A DNA stretch of 56,523 nucleotides from a virus (lineage: Duplodnaviria; Caudoviricetes), in IMG/VR virus record IMGVR_UViG_3300027749_000129, positions 1 to 56,523 of that record, one strand, 5' to 3'. Both the position numbers and the translations under genes were made by a program. How positions within the stretch are numbered: the stretch's first letter is position 1; each line of letters opens with the position of its first letter. A model generated the notes under the pieces. It had not been told where the DNA came from and ran no database searches. It saw only the letters and a program-made list of their open reading frames with translations. Below, piece after piece: positions 8,068-18,108 of this stretch.

Positions 8068-10014
8068 ATGAACACTCCTTCTGCAAAAGACCTTCTGCAA
8101 GCGATGCCTGTCAAAATGGCAGAGGGTGGTGAAATATCCTCGGGCCTTGCTAATGCAACCAAGCCGGACGGGATTGGGGCGGATCAGTACTACAAGAACA
8201 TTGCTGCGTACGTTGCTACGCAGTCAGACCCCTTAATAGGATTGCAAGAAGCGTCTAAGAACGGGGTCAGCATGGCGGATGCGGCGAAAGCAATAGGTCA
8301 GGATAAGCTCAACGCGTATTTGAACATTGACTTGAATACGGAGAAGACGCCTACCCCTACGGCTTCGGGCTATACTTCTGCACGCGAGAACATGTACGTG
8401 GGTCCTAATGCGATATACGCCACGGGACCGGACAGCGGGCAAGCTGGGCTTAACGCTAAGATCCAAGCGGCCGCAAAGCAGTATGTAGGGAACCCAACAG
8501 CGCTACAAAACCTGTTCATAGCAAACGGCCTTAACATTGACGATATAGTGCGTGCGGGCGTGGACCCCACGGTCATGTTGTCGATTACGCCAAAGAAAGT
8601 AGACAAACCGCCTACGACCGGCGTATTCCCTCCTGTTACACTCCCTCCTGTCTACCAGCCCCTACCCACACCGCCACCACTTTATCCCACGGGCCAGCCT
8701 GCGCTGGACGTAAACTTCCGCAACAGTGCGCCGCGTAGTGCATGGGACCCGGTCTACGGGTATTCGTACACGCCTGCTGCCAAACTGCTCTCGGCCACCG
8801 GATCAGGATTTGGTTGGATGCCGCCGTCTGTGACTAGCCGTCCGCGAGACTTGTTGCGTACACCGATGGCCAATACCTCTGCCTCACAGCAGTACGCACA
8901 AAACAGCGCGGCTCAGGACAGGGCATTGGCGAATGCGTATAGGACAAGCGGCCTTGGTGCGAACCCCTCTGCCTTCTACGACTGGCGTAGCCGGTTGCGT
9001 GGGGGTGAGTTCGGTGGGGATCAGACTACCCCACTTAATACGGACGCGTTTAATGCGAGCTTTACGGACTGGGCAAAAACAGAGGCGGACAAGCAGGCGA
9101 TAGCCAAGGCCAACAAGGGTACGCTTGCAAACACCTCATCTTCTGATTTTGTCCCCCAGTACGCTACCGGGGGATACATCACAAAAAAAGCTGAGGGGGG
9201 TAGCATTGATACTGCCCCCGTTAAACCTGCGCCAGATGCCGTTACACTTGCGCCAAACTCCAACGTTGAGCCGGAATCCAAACCGGTAGACTCGACAAAG
9301 CAGTATAAGGATGTGTTCCAAGATGAACCCTTGGTGGACCGTGTAGGGGAATACCTTGGGGGGTTTAAGGACTTGGTGAAGTACCGTTTATCTGATGGTA
9401 AGGGTTTAGATCAGCACATAACCTACAATAACCAATTGAAGTCCCAGTTCCGTGAAGCATATCCCGAGCTTAAGGATGACAAGCAACGTAGTGGTTTGCT
9501 GGATGCAGCGGTTAAGTATGCGGGAGCCTACGACTGGGCGGCACGTCCTAATGTAAGTCCTGAAGATGCGCGGTCCATGGCCCGTGCTTACCAACTCTAT
9601 GACTACAACACCAGCGACCGTACTCCGTCGAATGAGCTGTCTGACTACTACCGCAATCTGGCAGGTGTAGAGCAGGGCATTAAGCACAGAGCGGAAGGCC
9701 GTCGGTTAAGCGAGTCGGAGTTGATGAAAGAAGCGCTTAACTACGCGATATCGCAGACTGGTGGCAATATGCCATTGACCCGACCAGAGCTATGGAATCG
9801 GGAATACGAAAAAGGTATGAAGACGAAAAAAGCTGACGGCGGCCTGATCAGAAAGTACGACGAAGGTGGTGATGTCTCGCCAATGAGCTACGACGAGTTA
9901 GCGGCGCAGATGCAGAGGGTTGGTGAAGCGCCGAGAGAGGCCCAGACCCCTGAATCGCGGACCACGGTCCGGGAACAGACTGAAAGCGCGAAGATGCTGG
10001 AGCGTGTACAATAA
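8068..10014 (+). CDS. Large putative virion-associated modular protein with five GG motifs
   Basis: Long ORF between terL and portal; MAEGG, YATGG, KAEGG, KADGG, YDEGG; AAAGG RBS before ATG 8068 (track start 8032). Confidence 0.6.
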   Translation: MNTPSAKDLLQAMPVKMAEGGEISSGLANATKPDGIGADQYYKNIAAYVATQSDPLIGLQEASKNGVSMADAAKAIGQDKLNAYLNIDLNTEKTPTPTASGYTSARENMYVGPNAIYATGPDSGQAGLNAKIQAAAKQYVGNPTALQNLFIANGLNIDDIVRAGVDPTVMLSITPKKVDKPPTTGVFPPVTLPPVYQPLPTPPPLYPTGQPALDVNFRNSAPRSAWDPVYGYSYTPAAKLLSATGSGFGWMPPSVTSRPRDLLRTPMANTSASQQYAQNSAAQDRALANAYRTSGLGANPSAFYDWRSRLRGGEFGGDQTTPLNTDAFNASFTDWAKTEADKQAIAKANKGTLANTSSSDFVPQYATGGYITKKAEGGSIDTAPVKPAPDAVTLAPNSNVEPESKPVDSTKQYKDVFQDEPLVDRVGEYLGGFKDLVKYRLSDGKGLDQHITYNNQLKSQFREAYPELKDDKQRSGLLDAAVKYAGAYDWAARPNVSPEDARSMARAYQLYDYNTSDRTPSNELSDYYRNLAGVEQGIKHRAEGRRLSESELMKEALNYAISQTGGNMPLTRPELWNREYEKGMKTKKADGGLIRKYDEGGDVSPMSYDELAAQMQRVGEAPREAQTPESRTTVREQTESAKMLERVQ

Positions 10015-10041
10015 CCGCAAATATATTTAAAGGATACGAAG

Positions 10042-12399
10042 ATGCCGATAGATAGGGCTGTCAACTTAGCACCTAATTCTGACTTGCTTGAAGGCACCAG
10101 TGAGTCGCCAGATATCGAGATCGTTCTTGAGGACGATGGCAGCGCTACTATTGAGCTAGGGGAAGACGACGAAGATGATGTTGGCTTTTACGGCAACATC
10201 GCAGAAGTTATAGATGACGGGGACCTTGGTCGGATATCCATGGACCTGATGGCATTGTTTGAGGCCGACAAGTCTAGCCGTTCCGATTGGGAACAGATGT
10301 ACTCCAAGGGCCTTGAGCTATTGGGCTTGAAGATTGAAGAGCGTACCAAACCCTTCCGTGGCGCGGCGGGCGCGGTCCATCCGATGCTGACTGAGGCAAT
10401 TGTTCAGTTCCAAGCACAGGCATTTAAGGAGTTGATGCCTGCCAGTGGTCCGGTACGTACTCAGATCGTGGGCAAAGAGACTTTAGATAAGGTCCAACAA
10501 GCTTCACGCGTACAAGATTTCATGAATTATCAGATTACTTCGGTAATGAAGGAATACACCCCGGAGTTTGACCAGCTTCTTTTCTACACGGGCTACGGCG
10601 GATCGACTTTCAAAAAGGTTTATTACGACGAACAGATAGGCCGTATGGTCAGTCGGTTAGTTCTGCCCGACGATATGTATATCCCGTATAACGGTTCAAG
10701 TGTTATTTCGGAATGTCCGCGTCTGACTCACCGCATTTCCATGGATACCAACGAGCTTCGCAAGCGTATTGTCGCGGGTGAATACCTTGATGTGATGATA
10801 GACGCCAAGGCAACACCGTCTTACGCCAACCAGATACGTTATTCCATTGATAAAGCTACGGGTGTTGTGCAAACAGGCTCCCCGGAAGAAGCTTTTCTAT
10901 TGGAATTCCAAGTGTCGTTGGATATTCCGGGCTTTGAGGACATGGATGATGACGATGAGCCGACTGGAATTAAGCTCCCTTACGTAGTTACCATTGACGA
11001 AGCCAGTGCAAGGGTAATTGGTGTACGTCGTAACTGGGTAGAAGGGGATGAAAAGAAACGTCGTCGTGAATATTTTGTTCATTACGTATTGGTTGAGGGC
11101 CTTGGTGCGTATGGCTTGGGCTTTGTTCACCTGATCGGTGGTCTTTCTAAGACTGCAACCAGTGCATTACGTCAATTGTTAGACGCGGGTACGCTGTCTA
11201 ACCTTCCTGCGGGCTTTAAAGCCAAGGGTGCGCGCATCGCGGACGACGATACGCCGATCCAACCGGGCGAATGGCGTGATATTGATGCCGGTGGGGCAGA
11301 ACTTTCGTCTTCCTTGCTGCCTTTGCCCTACAAAGAGCCATCACAAACGCTATTTCAGCTACTGGGCTTTACGGTTGACGCGGGTAAACGTCTGGCTAGT
11401 ACGGCGGACATGCAGGTAGGGGACGGAAATCAGCAGGCAGCGGTAGGTACTACGATTGCATTGCTTGAAAGGGGTTCGATGGTGATGTCTGCCATCCATA
11501 AGCGCCTATATTACGCCCAGACCCAAGAGTTTGAGATGCTAGCCAAGGGTTTTGGTGAGTATTTGCCTGACGAATACCCTTATGACGTACCGGGCGCTAG
11601 TCGCAGGATCAAGAAATGTGACTTTGACCACATGGTTGCGATATTGCCAGTGGCTGATCCGAACATTTTCTCTGCTGCCCAACGCATAACGTTGGCACAG
11701 ACGCAGTTGCAGTTAGCGCAGTCTGCTCCTCAGATGCATAACATGTACGAAGCGTATTACCGCGTCTACGCGGCAATGAACATCCGTGACATTGATGGCC
11801 TCCTGCGCGCGCAGAGCAATAACCTGCCTAAAGATCCTGCTACTGAGAACGCTGACGTGCTGGAAAACATGGAGCTTAAGGCTTTTGCGGGCCAGCAGCA
11901 TGATGCGCACATTGCGGCACATATTATGATGGGCTTATCGGCATTAATGCAGGCTAACCCCATAGGCGGCGTGATATTGTACAAGCACATCATGCAGCAT
12001 ATCCGTTTGAAAGCCGAAGAAGATACCGAAGCGGAATTGTATGTTGAATACGGGTCGGATCCAGACCACATGGTCTCTGACTTGCAGCGCGAAGGCATGA
12101 TATCGTTGAAGATTGCGCAGTTCATGCAGGAGATGCGGGCGCTTCAGGATAAGTTAGCCAATCCCGGTGGTGGTGGCCAAGATCCGATTGTTGCGTTGAA
12201 AGCACAGGAGCTTCAGCAGCGTGCAGCGAAGGATCAGGCAGATATCAAGTTGAAGGAAGAAGGCTTGCAGCTTGATCAGTCTAAGATTGCGCAGAACGAA
12301 AAAGCTAATCAAGAACGGATTGCATCACAGCAGAAGGTTGCTCAGATGCGAACAGGTGTTGCACTGCAGCGGATAAACCAACCGCGTAAAGGAGGCTAA
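10042..12399 (+). CDS. Portal protein
   Basis: 785 aa after terL; HPMLTEAIVQFQAQA, GSTFKKVYYD, GLGFVHLIGGL, LLDAGTLSNLPAGFK; helical C-terminus. Confidence 0.85.
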   Translation: MPIDRAVNLAPNSDLLEGTSESPDIEIVLEDDGSATIELGEDDEDDVGFYGNIAEVIDDGDLGRISMDLMALFEADKSSRSDWEQMYSKGLELLGLKIEERTKPFRGAAGAVHPMLTEAIVQFQAQAFKELMPASGPVRTQIVGKETLDKVQQASRVQDFMNYQITSVMKEYTPEFDQLLFYTGYGGSTFKKVYYDEQIGRMVSRLVLPDDMYIPYNGSSVISECPRLTHRISMDTNELRKRIVAGEYLDVMIDAKATPSYANQIRYSIDKATGVVQTGSPEEAFLLEFQVSLDIPGFEDMDDDDEPTGIKLPYVVTIDEASARVIGVRRNWVEGDEKKRRREYFVHYVLVEGLGAYGLGFVHLIGGLSKTATSALRQLLDAGTLSNLPAGFKAKGARIADDDTPIQPGEWRDIDAGGAELSSSLLPLPYKEPSQTLFQLLGFTVDAGKRLASTADMQVGDGNQQAAVGTTIALLERGSMVMSAIHKRLYYAQTQEFEMLAKGFGEYLPDEYPYDVPGASRRIKKCDFDHMVAILPVADPNIFSAAQRITLAQTQLQLAQSAPQMHNMYEAYYRVYAAMNIRDIDGLLRAQSNNLPKDPATENADVLENMELKAFAGQQHDAHIAAHIMMGLSALMQANPIGGVILYKHIMQHIRLKAEEDTEAELYVEYGSDPDHMVSDLQREGMISLKIAQFMQEMRALQDKLANPGGGGQDPIVALKAQELQQRAAKDQADIKLKEEGLQLDQSKIAQNEKANQERIASQQKVAQMRTGVALQRINQPRKGG

Positions 12400-12400
12400 G

Positions 12401-12673
12401 ATGCCACTTAAGAAAGGGTCCAGTCCCAAGACTATTAGCAAAAACATCAGCGAAGTTATGGGTGCTTACAAAGAAAAGGGCAAGATCGGTACTAGTACGC
12501 CAAATAGCAAAGCCAAAGCGCAGAAACAGGCTATTGCGATTGCCCTTTCTACTGCGGGTAAGTCGAACAAGATGAAAGAGGGGGGCAAAGTTATAAGCCG
12601 TCCTAAGGGCCGTCAGGGTCCAAGTATGATTGTTAAAAAACGTGACGGAAACAATCCAGTAAAGATATACTGA
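12401..12673 (+). CDS. Small basic head-module protein
   Basis: MPLKKGSSPKTISKNI...KQAIAIALSTAG, Lys-rich, contains MKEGG; GGAGG RBS. Confidence 0.65.
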   Translation: MPLKKGSSPKTISKNISEVMGAYKEKGKIGTSTPNSKAKAQKQAIAIALSTAGKSNKMKEGGKVISRPKGRQGPSMIVKKRDGNNPVKIY

Positions 12674-12731
12674 CAGTTGCTCCAGCCTCCAGACAGTGGC
12701 TTATAACCGTCTGCTTTTCATGGGAAACACC

Positions 12732-12923
12732 ATGCTCGAATTTGCAGAAAAGATATTGCGAGAGATTCGCAAGCTACAGCAGGACTCCGAAGCAATCGTG
12801 CTCAATGGCACCATTGCTGATATGGAACGCTACCGTTTCATGATGGGTCGTCTGGAAGGCATAAAATTAACAGAAGCCCTTATCAAACATGAATTAGATA
12901 AGAGGTCTAAAGATGATTTTTAA
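12732..12923 (+). CDS. Small hypothetical head-module protein
   Basis: Helical 63-aa ORF in operon context. Confidence 0.6.
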   Translation: MLEFAEKILREIRKLQQDSEAIVLNGTIADMERYRFMMGRLEGIKLTEALIKHELDKRSKDDF

Positions 12924-12942
12924 CCCACCAGAGGACGTGCAG

Positions 12943-13404
12943 ATGGAAGAACCAAAGTTAACGGCATTGGAACAGCAATGGAAGGAGGCAGCAGAGAATG
13001 CACCGCCAACCCTTGATGATGCTTACGATGAGGATGGCAAGGTCGATATCGACAAGATTGCCGATTCCGTTTTAAACATGATCCCCCACCCAACCGGATG
13101 GCGTATTGCCATTCTTCCCTTCAGGGGAAGCAAAAGCTCCAAGGGTGGCATTCTGCTATCTGATGAAACTCAAAAACGTACACAGCTTGCGACTAATTGT
13201 GGCTATGTGCTGCGTATGGGGAATCTTGCGTACTCTGACCAAGAGAAGTTTCCAGACGGTCCGTGGTGCAAGGTTGGCGATTGGATCATCTTTGGGAAGT
13301 ATGCGGGTTCGCGTATTCAGATCGACGGTGGTGAAATCCGGCTGTTAAACGATGATGAAATCTTGGGGCTGATTAACGACCCTAAAGACATCTTGCACAT
13401 GTGA
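12943..13404 (+). CDS. groES: GroES-like co-chaperonin
   Basis: PTGWRIAILP, SKGGILL, KVGDWIIFGKYAGSRIQIDG, LLNDDEILG. Confidence 0.88.
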   Translation: MEEPKLTALEQQWKEAAENAPPTLDDAYDEDGKVDIDKIADSVLNMIPHPTGWRIAILPFRGSKSSKGGILLSDETQKRTQLATNCGYVLRMGNLAYSDQEKFPDGPWCKVGDWIIFGKYAGSRIQIDGGEIRLLNDDEILGLINDPKDILHM

Positions 13405-13414
13405 GGAGCAGATT

Positions 13415-14332
13415 ATGAACGAGCAACAAGAATTTAAGATAGGCGATGACGAGGAACCGGCTACCGTTGAGATGAACGATGATGGTTCTAACGCTGTTAT
13501 TACGACAATGGAAGAGACCCCCCTTGTTGAGGTGGAGCAGCAACAGGCTAAACCTAAAAAAGACGAGCTAGATCAATACAGTGACAAGGTTCAGCGCCGT
13601 ATTGACAAGCTGACATCCCGTTTGCGGGAGACCCAGCGTCGTGAAGAGGCGGCTGTTGAGTATGCCAGAAACGCGCATAATAAGGCTGAAGAGCTTGAGC
13701 GTCGGTTCCAGCAAACGGATGCTGATCGTTTGACTGAAGCTAAAAGCCGGGTAGAGACTCAGGTTGTAGCACTCAAGCAGATCATCAAGAAGGCTCGTGA
13801 AGAGTACGACATTGATACTGAGACTGAGGCCCAGCAGCGTCTGACTAGTATGGTGATGGACCAGCAGCGGATATCCGAAGCTACGGCCTATCGTCAACAG
13901 ACCATGGCCCGTCAGGCTGCCCCACAACCACAGTATCAACAGCCCCAGCAACAACAACGTTCCCAAGTAGACCCACAGGCAGAAGAGTGGGCCGAACGTA
14001 ATACATGGTTTGGCACCAACCCAACCATGACGGGGGCTGTAAGAGGGATTCATCTTGACTTGGTCCAAAAAGAAGGGTTTGACCCACAGTCAGAGGAGTA
14101 CTATGATGAAATAGATCGTAGGATGCGCGACATCTTCCCAAGGGAACTTAAAGCGACCTCGCAACAAAACAACAGGAATAGCCGTCCCGTGCAGACGGTA
14201 GCCCCTGCAACCCGATCTTCGGGCGTCAATAGTTCCGCACGCCGCACTGTCCGGTTAAACCCGAGTCAGGTTGCAATAGCTAAAAAACTTGGTGTTCCGC
14301 TTGAGGAATACGCCAAATACGTTAAGGAGTAA
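13415..14332 (+). CDS. Putative capsid scaffolding protein
   Basis: Acidic N-terminus, long coiled coil, C-terminal QVAIAKKLGVPLEEYAKY; upstream of the capsid genes. Confidence 0.7.
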   Translation: MNEQQEFKIGDDEEPATVEMNDDGSNAVITTMEETPLVEVEQQQAKPKKDELDQYSDKVQRRIDKLTSRLRETQRREEAAVEYARNAHNKAEELERRFQQTDADRLTEAKSRVETQVVALKQIIKKAREEYDIDTETEAQQRLTSMVMDQQRISEATAYRQQTMARQAAPQPQYQQPQQQQRSQVDPQAEEWAERNTWFGTNPTMTGAVRGIHLDLVQKEGFDPQSEEYYDEIDRRMRDIFPRELKATSQQNNRNSRPVQTVAPATRSSGVNSSARRTVRLNPSQVAIAKKLGVPLEEYAKYVKE

Positions 14333-14335
14333 GAT

Positions 14336-14821
14336 ATGACTGACACTATTTCTGTACCAAAACTTAATCGCAGCCCACGTACTAGTGAAACTAGAGAAAC
14401 AACTGCGCGTCGGAAATCTTGGGCACCTCCTTCACGTTTGGATGCACCCCCTGCACCCGAAGGGTTTAAACATCGATGGATTAGATCCGAAGCCGGTGGA
14501 ATGGATGATCGTATAAACGTACAGGCTAAAATCCGTGAGGGGTATGAGCTGGTCCGTGGTGACGAGTATCCAGACTTTGCTGGTCAATCGGTTGACGCAG
14601 GTAAAAATACCGGCGTTATCGGTGTTGGTGCTCTTTTATTGGCAAGGATTCCGAATGAAACAGCGGAAGAACGACGGTCCTACTACAGCGCCCGTACCCA
14701 AGATCAACTTAAAGCTGTCGATAATGACCTGTTAAAGTCGAATGCACATTCGTCTATGAAAATTAACCGGCCCGAACGACAGTCCCGCGTAAGCATCGGC
14801 GGCCCCAAAGCCACCGAATAA
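14336..14821 (+). CDS. Hypothetical head-module protein
   Basis: 161-aa ORF (WAPPSRLDAPPAPEGFKHRWIR) with AAGGAG RBS. Confidence 0.7.
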   Translation: MTDTISVPKLNRSPRTSETRETTARRKSWAPPSRLDAPPAPEGFKHRWIRSEAGGMDDRINVQAKIREGYELVRGDEYPDFAGQSVDAGKNTGVIGVGALLLARIPNETAEERRSYYSARTQDQLKAVDNDLLKSNAHSSMKINRPERQSRVSIGGPKATE

Positions 14822-14843
14822 CTCACTTTAAAGGACAAATCAA

Positions 14844-15419
14844 ATGGCAAATGTAAACAATCCCTTTGGGCTTCGGCCCCTTGGTAACTTGTCTGCTACT
14901 GGTGGCCAGAAGCAGTATGGTTATGTAATTGACGACAACCAATCGGGTGCAATTTACCAAGGTGACTTGGTAACACTGATTGGCGGTTATCTTGTTAAAT
15001 TCGCACCCGGTTCATATAACACTTCTGTTGGGGTGTTTAACGGTTGCTTCTATAACGACCCAACCACACAGAAACCTACTTGGAAAAACTACTATCCGGG
15101 CAGCATCAATATCACTACCGGCACAATTGTTGCCGAAGTGTTGGATGATCCGAACCAGTTGTATATTATCCAAGCAAGCGCTTCACTAGCACAGACCGAT
15201 ATGGGTAACAACGCAGACATTTCCGGTTCTACCGGTAGCACTGTGAACGGCATTTCCTATATGGTACTGGACACCACAACTAAGGCTACTACCGCAGCAC
15301 TTAATCTTAAAATGGTCGGCATATACGATGTTCCAAGCAATACGTTTGGAAGTTACGTACAAGTCGTCGTTAAGATTAACGAACACCGCTATGGCAGTCC
15401 CGGCGTTGCAAGTACCTAA
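14844..15419 (+). CDS. Putative capsid decoration / minor capsid protein
   Basis: MANVNNPFGLRP..IYQGDLV; beta-rich; immediately upstream of the major capsid gene. Confidence 0.6.
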   Translation: MANVNNPFGLRPLGNLSATGGQKQYGYVIDDNQSGAIYQGDLVTLIGGYLVKFAPGSYNTSVGVFNGCFYNDPTTQKPTWKNYYPGSINITTGTIVAEVLDDPNQLYIIQASASLAQTDMGNNADISGSTGSTVNGISYMVLDTTTKATTAALNLKMVGIYDVPSNTFGSYVQVVVKINEHRYGSPGVAST

Positions 15420-15443
15420 TATTAATTCTAAAGGAGCCTACCC

Positions 15444-16349
15444 ATGGCAATTTCACGCGCACAACTAGTAAAAGAACTTGAACCGGGCCTTAATGCTTTG
15501 TTTGGTCTTGAATACAAGACCTATCAAAATGAACACGCTGAGATTTACGAAATTGAATCTTCTGAGCGTGCATTTGAAGAAGAAGTAATGCTGTCTGGTT
15601 TTGGTGAAGCCCCTGTTAAAAACGAAGGCGCAGGCGTCGCTTACGATAATGCACAGGAAACCTACACCTCCCGTTACACCCACGAGACTATCGCACTGGC
15701 CTTCTCCCTGACTGAAGAAGCCGTGGAAGATAACCTGTACGACCGTCTTGCTGCTCGTTACACCAAAGCCTTGGCTCGTTCCATGGCTACTACCAAACAG
15801 GTAAAAGGTGCTGCCGTTCTTAACGGCGCATTTACTACCTCAGTTGGTGGTGACGGTGTTGTACTGTGCTCACTGAGCCATCCTACGCTGTCTGTTAACG
15901 TGGCTAACACGTTGGCTACTGCTGCGGATCTTAGCGAAACCTCGCTGGAACAAGCCCTGATCGACATTGCTGCGTTCACTGATGAACGTGGCCTGAAGGT
16001 CGCTGTTCAAGGTCTGAAACTGGTAGTTCCAAAAGAACTGCAGTTCACTTCTGATCGCATCTTGAAGTCTACTCTGCGTACTTCTACTGCAGATAACGAC
16101 ATCAATGCCATCAAGAACATGGGTCTGGTACCAGAAGGTTACACTGTTAACCATTACCTGACTGACCCAGATGCTTGGTTCGTTCTGACCGATGCGCCTA
16201 ACGGCATGAAAATGTTTGAACGCGTAGCTATCAAAACTGGCTTTGAAGGTGACTTCGATACCGGCAACGTTAGGTACAAAGCGAGAGAGCGATATTCGTT
16301 TGGCTATAGTGATTTCCGTGGCATTTTCGGTTCGCCCGGTACTCCGTAA
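15444..16349 (+). CDS. Major capsid protein
   Basis: MAISRAQLVKELEPGLNALFG, EDNLYD, HYLTDPDAWF, YKARERYSFG; AAGGAG RBS; followed by a terminator. Confidence 0.9.
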   Translation: MAISRAQLVKELEPGLNALFGLEYKTYQNEHAEIYEIESSERAFEEEVMLSGFGEAPVKNEGAGVAYDNAQETYTSRYTHETIALAFSLTEEAVEDNLYDRLAARYTKALARSMATTKQVKGAAVLNGAFTTSVGGDGVVLCSLSHPTLSVNVANTLATAADLSETSLEQALIDIAAFTDERGLKVAVQGLKLVVPKELQFTSDRILKSTLRTSTADNDINAIKNMGLVPEGYTVNHYLTDPDAWFVLTDAPNGMKMFERVAIKTGFEGDFDTGNVRYKARERYSFGYSDFRGIFGSPGTP

Positions 16350-16373
16350 GTCATTGTGTTATAAGTACTATTT

Positions 16374-16399
16374 GAAAGGGGCTTCGGCCCCTTTCTTTT
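16374..16399 (+). terminator. Rho-independent terminator after the major capsid gene
   Basis: GAAAGGGGC-TTCG-GCCCCTTTC then TTTT (cUUCGg tetraloop). Confidence 0.9.
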
Positions 16400-16439
16400 G
16401 TTTAAAATATGGCATATGCTAGTTCCAAAGGACTAGTTC

Positions 16440-17030
16440 ATGCCATACGCCGTTGACCATATTGGTATCTATAAGCTTCGTAACACGGTTACGGGCACTT
16501 GTTATGTGGGCCAATCTCAGCGGGTTAAGAAGCGTATTCGTGAGCATTTCCGACTACTAAACCTTGAAAAACACCCGAACCCTAAACTGCAGAATTCCTA
16601 TCTAAAGTATGGCCCAACGGCCTTTGACTGGAGTCTGGAAGTAGAATGTGCGGATACAGATGATCTAGACCTTATTGAAAATGCTTTCATCTCAAAAGAC
16701 GCATGGTTTGATGAGCCTGTATTCTTCAATATTGCGGATTTTGCTAAGGCACCAATGCGGGGCAGGACGCATGGCCCCGAGTCTCGAAAAAGGATTTCGG
16801 AAGGCCGTCGAAAAACGACCTTTAATTATCAGAGTGAAGAGTACTGCAGTAAGCTAAAAGTTATTAGCACTGGCCGTCACTTCGCTAACCCAGAATTCAT
16901 TGCAAAAGTTAAGTTTATAGTAGAAAATTCTGACATGTCGTATGCCGAACGCGGACGTGTCATAGGTACGAACACAAGTAACGTTCGGAAGCTAGCACTC
17001 AAATATAATCATTTACGAGGAGAACTCTAA
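16440..17030 (+). CDS. Free-standing GIY-YIG homing endonuclease with NUMOD3-like motif
   Basis: GIYKLRN...YVGQSQRVKKRIREH...HPNPKLQ...E; GRTHGPESRKRISE. Confidence 0.88.
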   Translation: MPYAVDHIGIYKLRNTVTGTCYVGQSQRVKKRIREHFRLLNLEKHPNPKLQNSYLKYGPTAFDWSLEVECADTDDLDLIENAFISKDAWFDEPVFFNIADFAKAPMRGRTHGPESRKRISEGRRKTTFNYQSEEYCSKLKVISTGRHFANPEFIAKVKFIVENSDMSYAERGRVIGTNTSNVRKLALKYNHLRGEL

Positions 17031-17632
17031 TGGCAGCTACACACTTTTCTGGTCCCGTAGTATCCGACAATGGCTTCAGCTCAGGTACTTCTTCCGATCC
17101 AGTTGTAATAACAACCGCAGGTAACGAAACTAGTTACTACGGTACAACCTCCGCCACTACAGGCGACACGCGTTTAATTTATGCCAAACTGACCTTTACC
17201 TCCACCGGTTCGGGTGAAACGATTCGTTCGTTCTCGGTTGTAACTGCAGCCAACGCGGCTACCGGTGGCACAATCAACGGTTCGCATATCTCCTTGGAAG
17301 TTAACGGCTCGGGCAGCATTTCGGGTGCGGGCAACGCGTTGCGCGCTACTTTGGGCGGCACTCAAACTACTCAGACCGGCACCTTAGGTGTTATCCAGTT
17401 GGATACTAACTACACCGGCAGCGTAACTACTCCCTCAAACTCGGCTTTTATTCGCGTAACTGACAGCGGCTCGGCTACCGGCAAGATCAACAACCTGATG
17501 AGTATCGGTGCTGGCCCAACGGCTACTCTGGTTTCTACAGGTGCAGCAACCCCCGGCGGCACGATCAAGAAGATCAAGATCGACATCAGCGGCGTAACTT
17601 ACTACGTATTGGCCGCTACAACTTGGTCCTAA
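17030..17632 (+). CDS. Putative structural protein
   Basis: MAATHFSGPV start; Thr/Ser/Gly-rich; AGGAG RBS. Confidence 0.65.
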   Translation: MAATHFSGPVVSDNGFSSGTSSDPVVITTAGNETSYYGTTSATTGDTRLIYAKLTFTSTGSGETIRSFSVVTAANAATGGTINGSHISLEVNGSGSISGAGNALRATLGGTQTTQTGTLGVIQLDTNYTGSVTTPSNSAFIRVTDSGSATGKINNLMSIGAGPTATLVSTGAATPGGTIKKIKIDISGVTYYVLAATTWS

Positions 17633-17633
17633 T

Positions 17634-17807
17634 ATGCAAATAACTAAAGAGTTTCTGGAAGCAGAGATTCGTGACCTTGAGCAAGAAGTACAGAAAGCCA
17701 ATGCTTTTGTACTTCAGGCTCAGTCTGCAATTACCGTTTACAAGATGTTAATTGGTAAACTGGACACACCGGAACCGGAGAAAGACAATGTCAACACTGA
17801 TGCTTAA
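17634..17807 (+). CDS. Small coiled-coil protein (57 aa, not in the ORF track)
   Basis: Manual translation MQITKEFLEAEIRDLEQEVQKANAFVLQAQSAITVYKMLIGKLD...; fills the gap between genes. Confidence 0.6.
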   Translation: MQITKEFLEAEIRDLEQEVQKANAFVLQAQSAITVYKMLIGKLDTPEPEKDNVNTDA

Positions 17808-18105
17808 TGCGGCAACCGCCACTGGCCCGGGTCCTGCATTTGAAATTCGCGGTACAAACCAACTTTATGCCAATAGAAGTTTTCAGGCTGTTGGCATCAT
17901 GTCTTCCTCGACAGGTACTGCTAGCGTGGCTATTGAAGTCAGCAACGATGGGATCAATTACATAACCCTTGGGACAATTACCCTATCGCTCACTACTTCG
18001 GCTAGCTCAGATGCTTTTTACGTCCAAACGGTATATGAGTACTATCGTGCGAATGTAACGCAGATTACGACCAATGGCACTGTTTCCGTTTATATGAAGG
18101 CATAA
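17788..18105 (+). CDS. Putative structural protein
   Basis: IEVSNDGINY...YEYYRANVT beta-rich pattern; GGAG RBS. Confidence 0.6.
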   Translation: MSTLMLNAATATGPGPAFEIRGTNQLYANRSFQAVGIMSSSTGTASVAIEVSNDGINYITLGTITLSLTTSASSDAFYVQTVYEYYRANVTQITTNGTVSVYMKA

Positions 18106-18108
18106 CCT

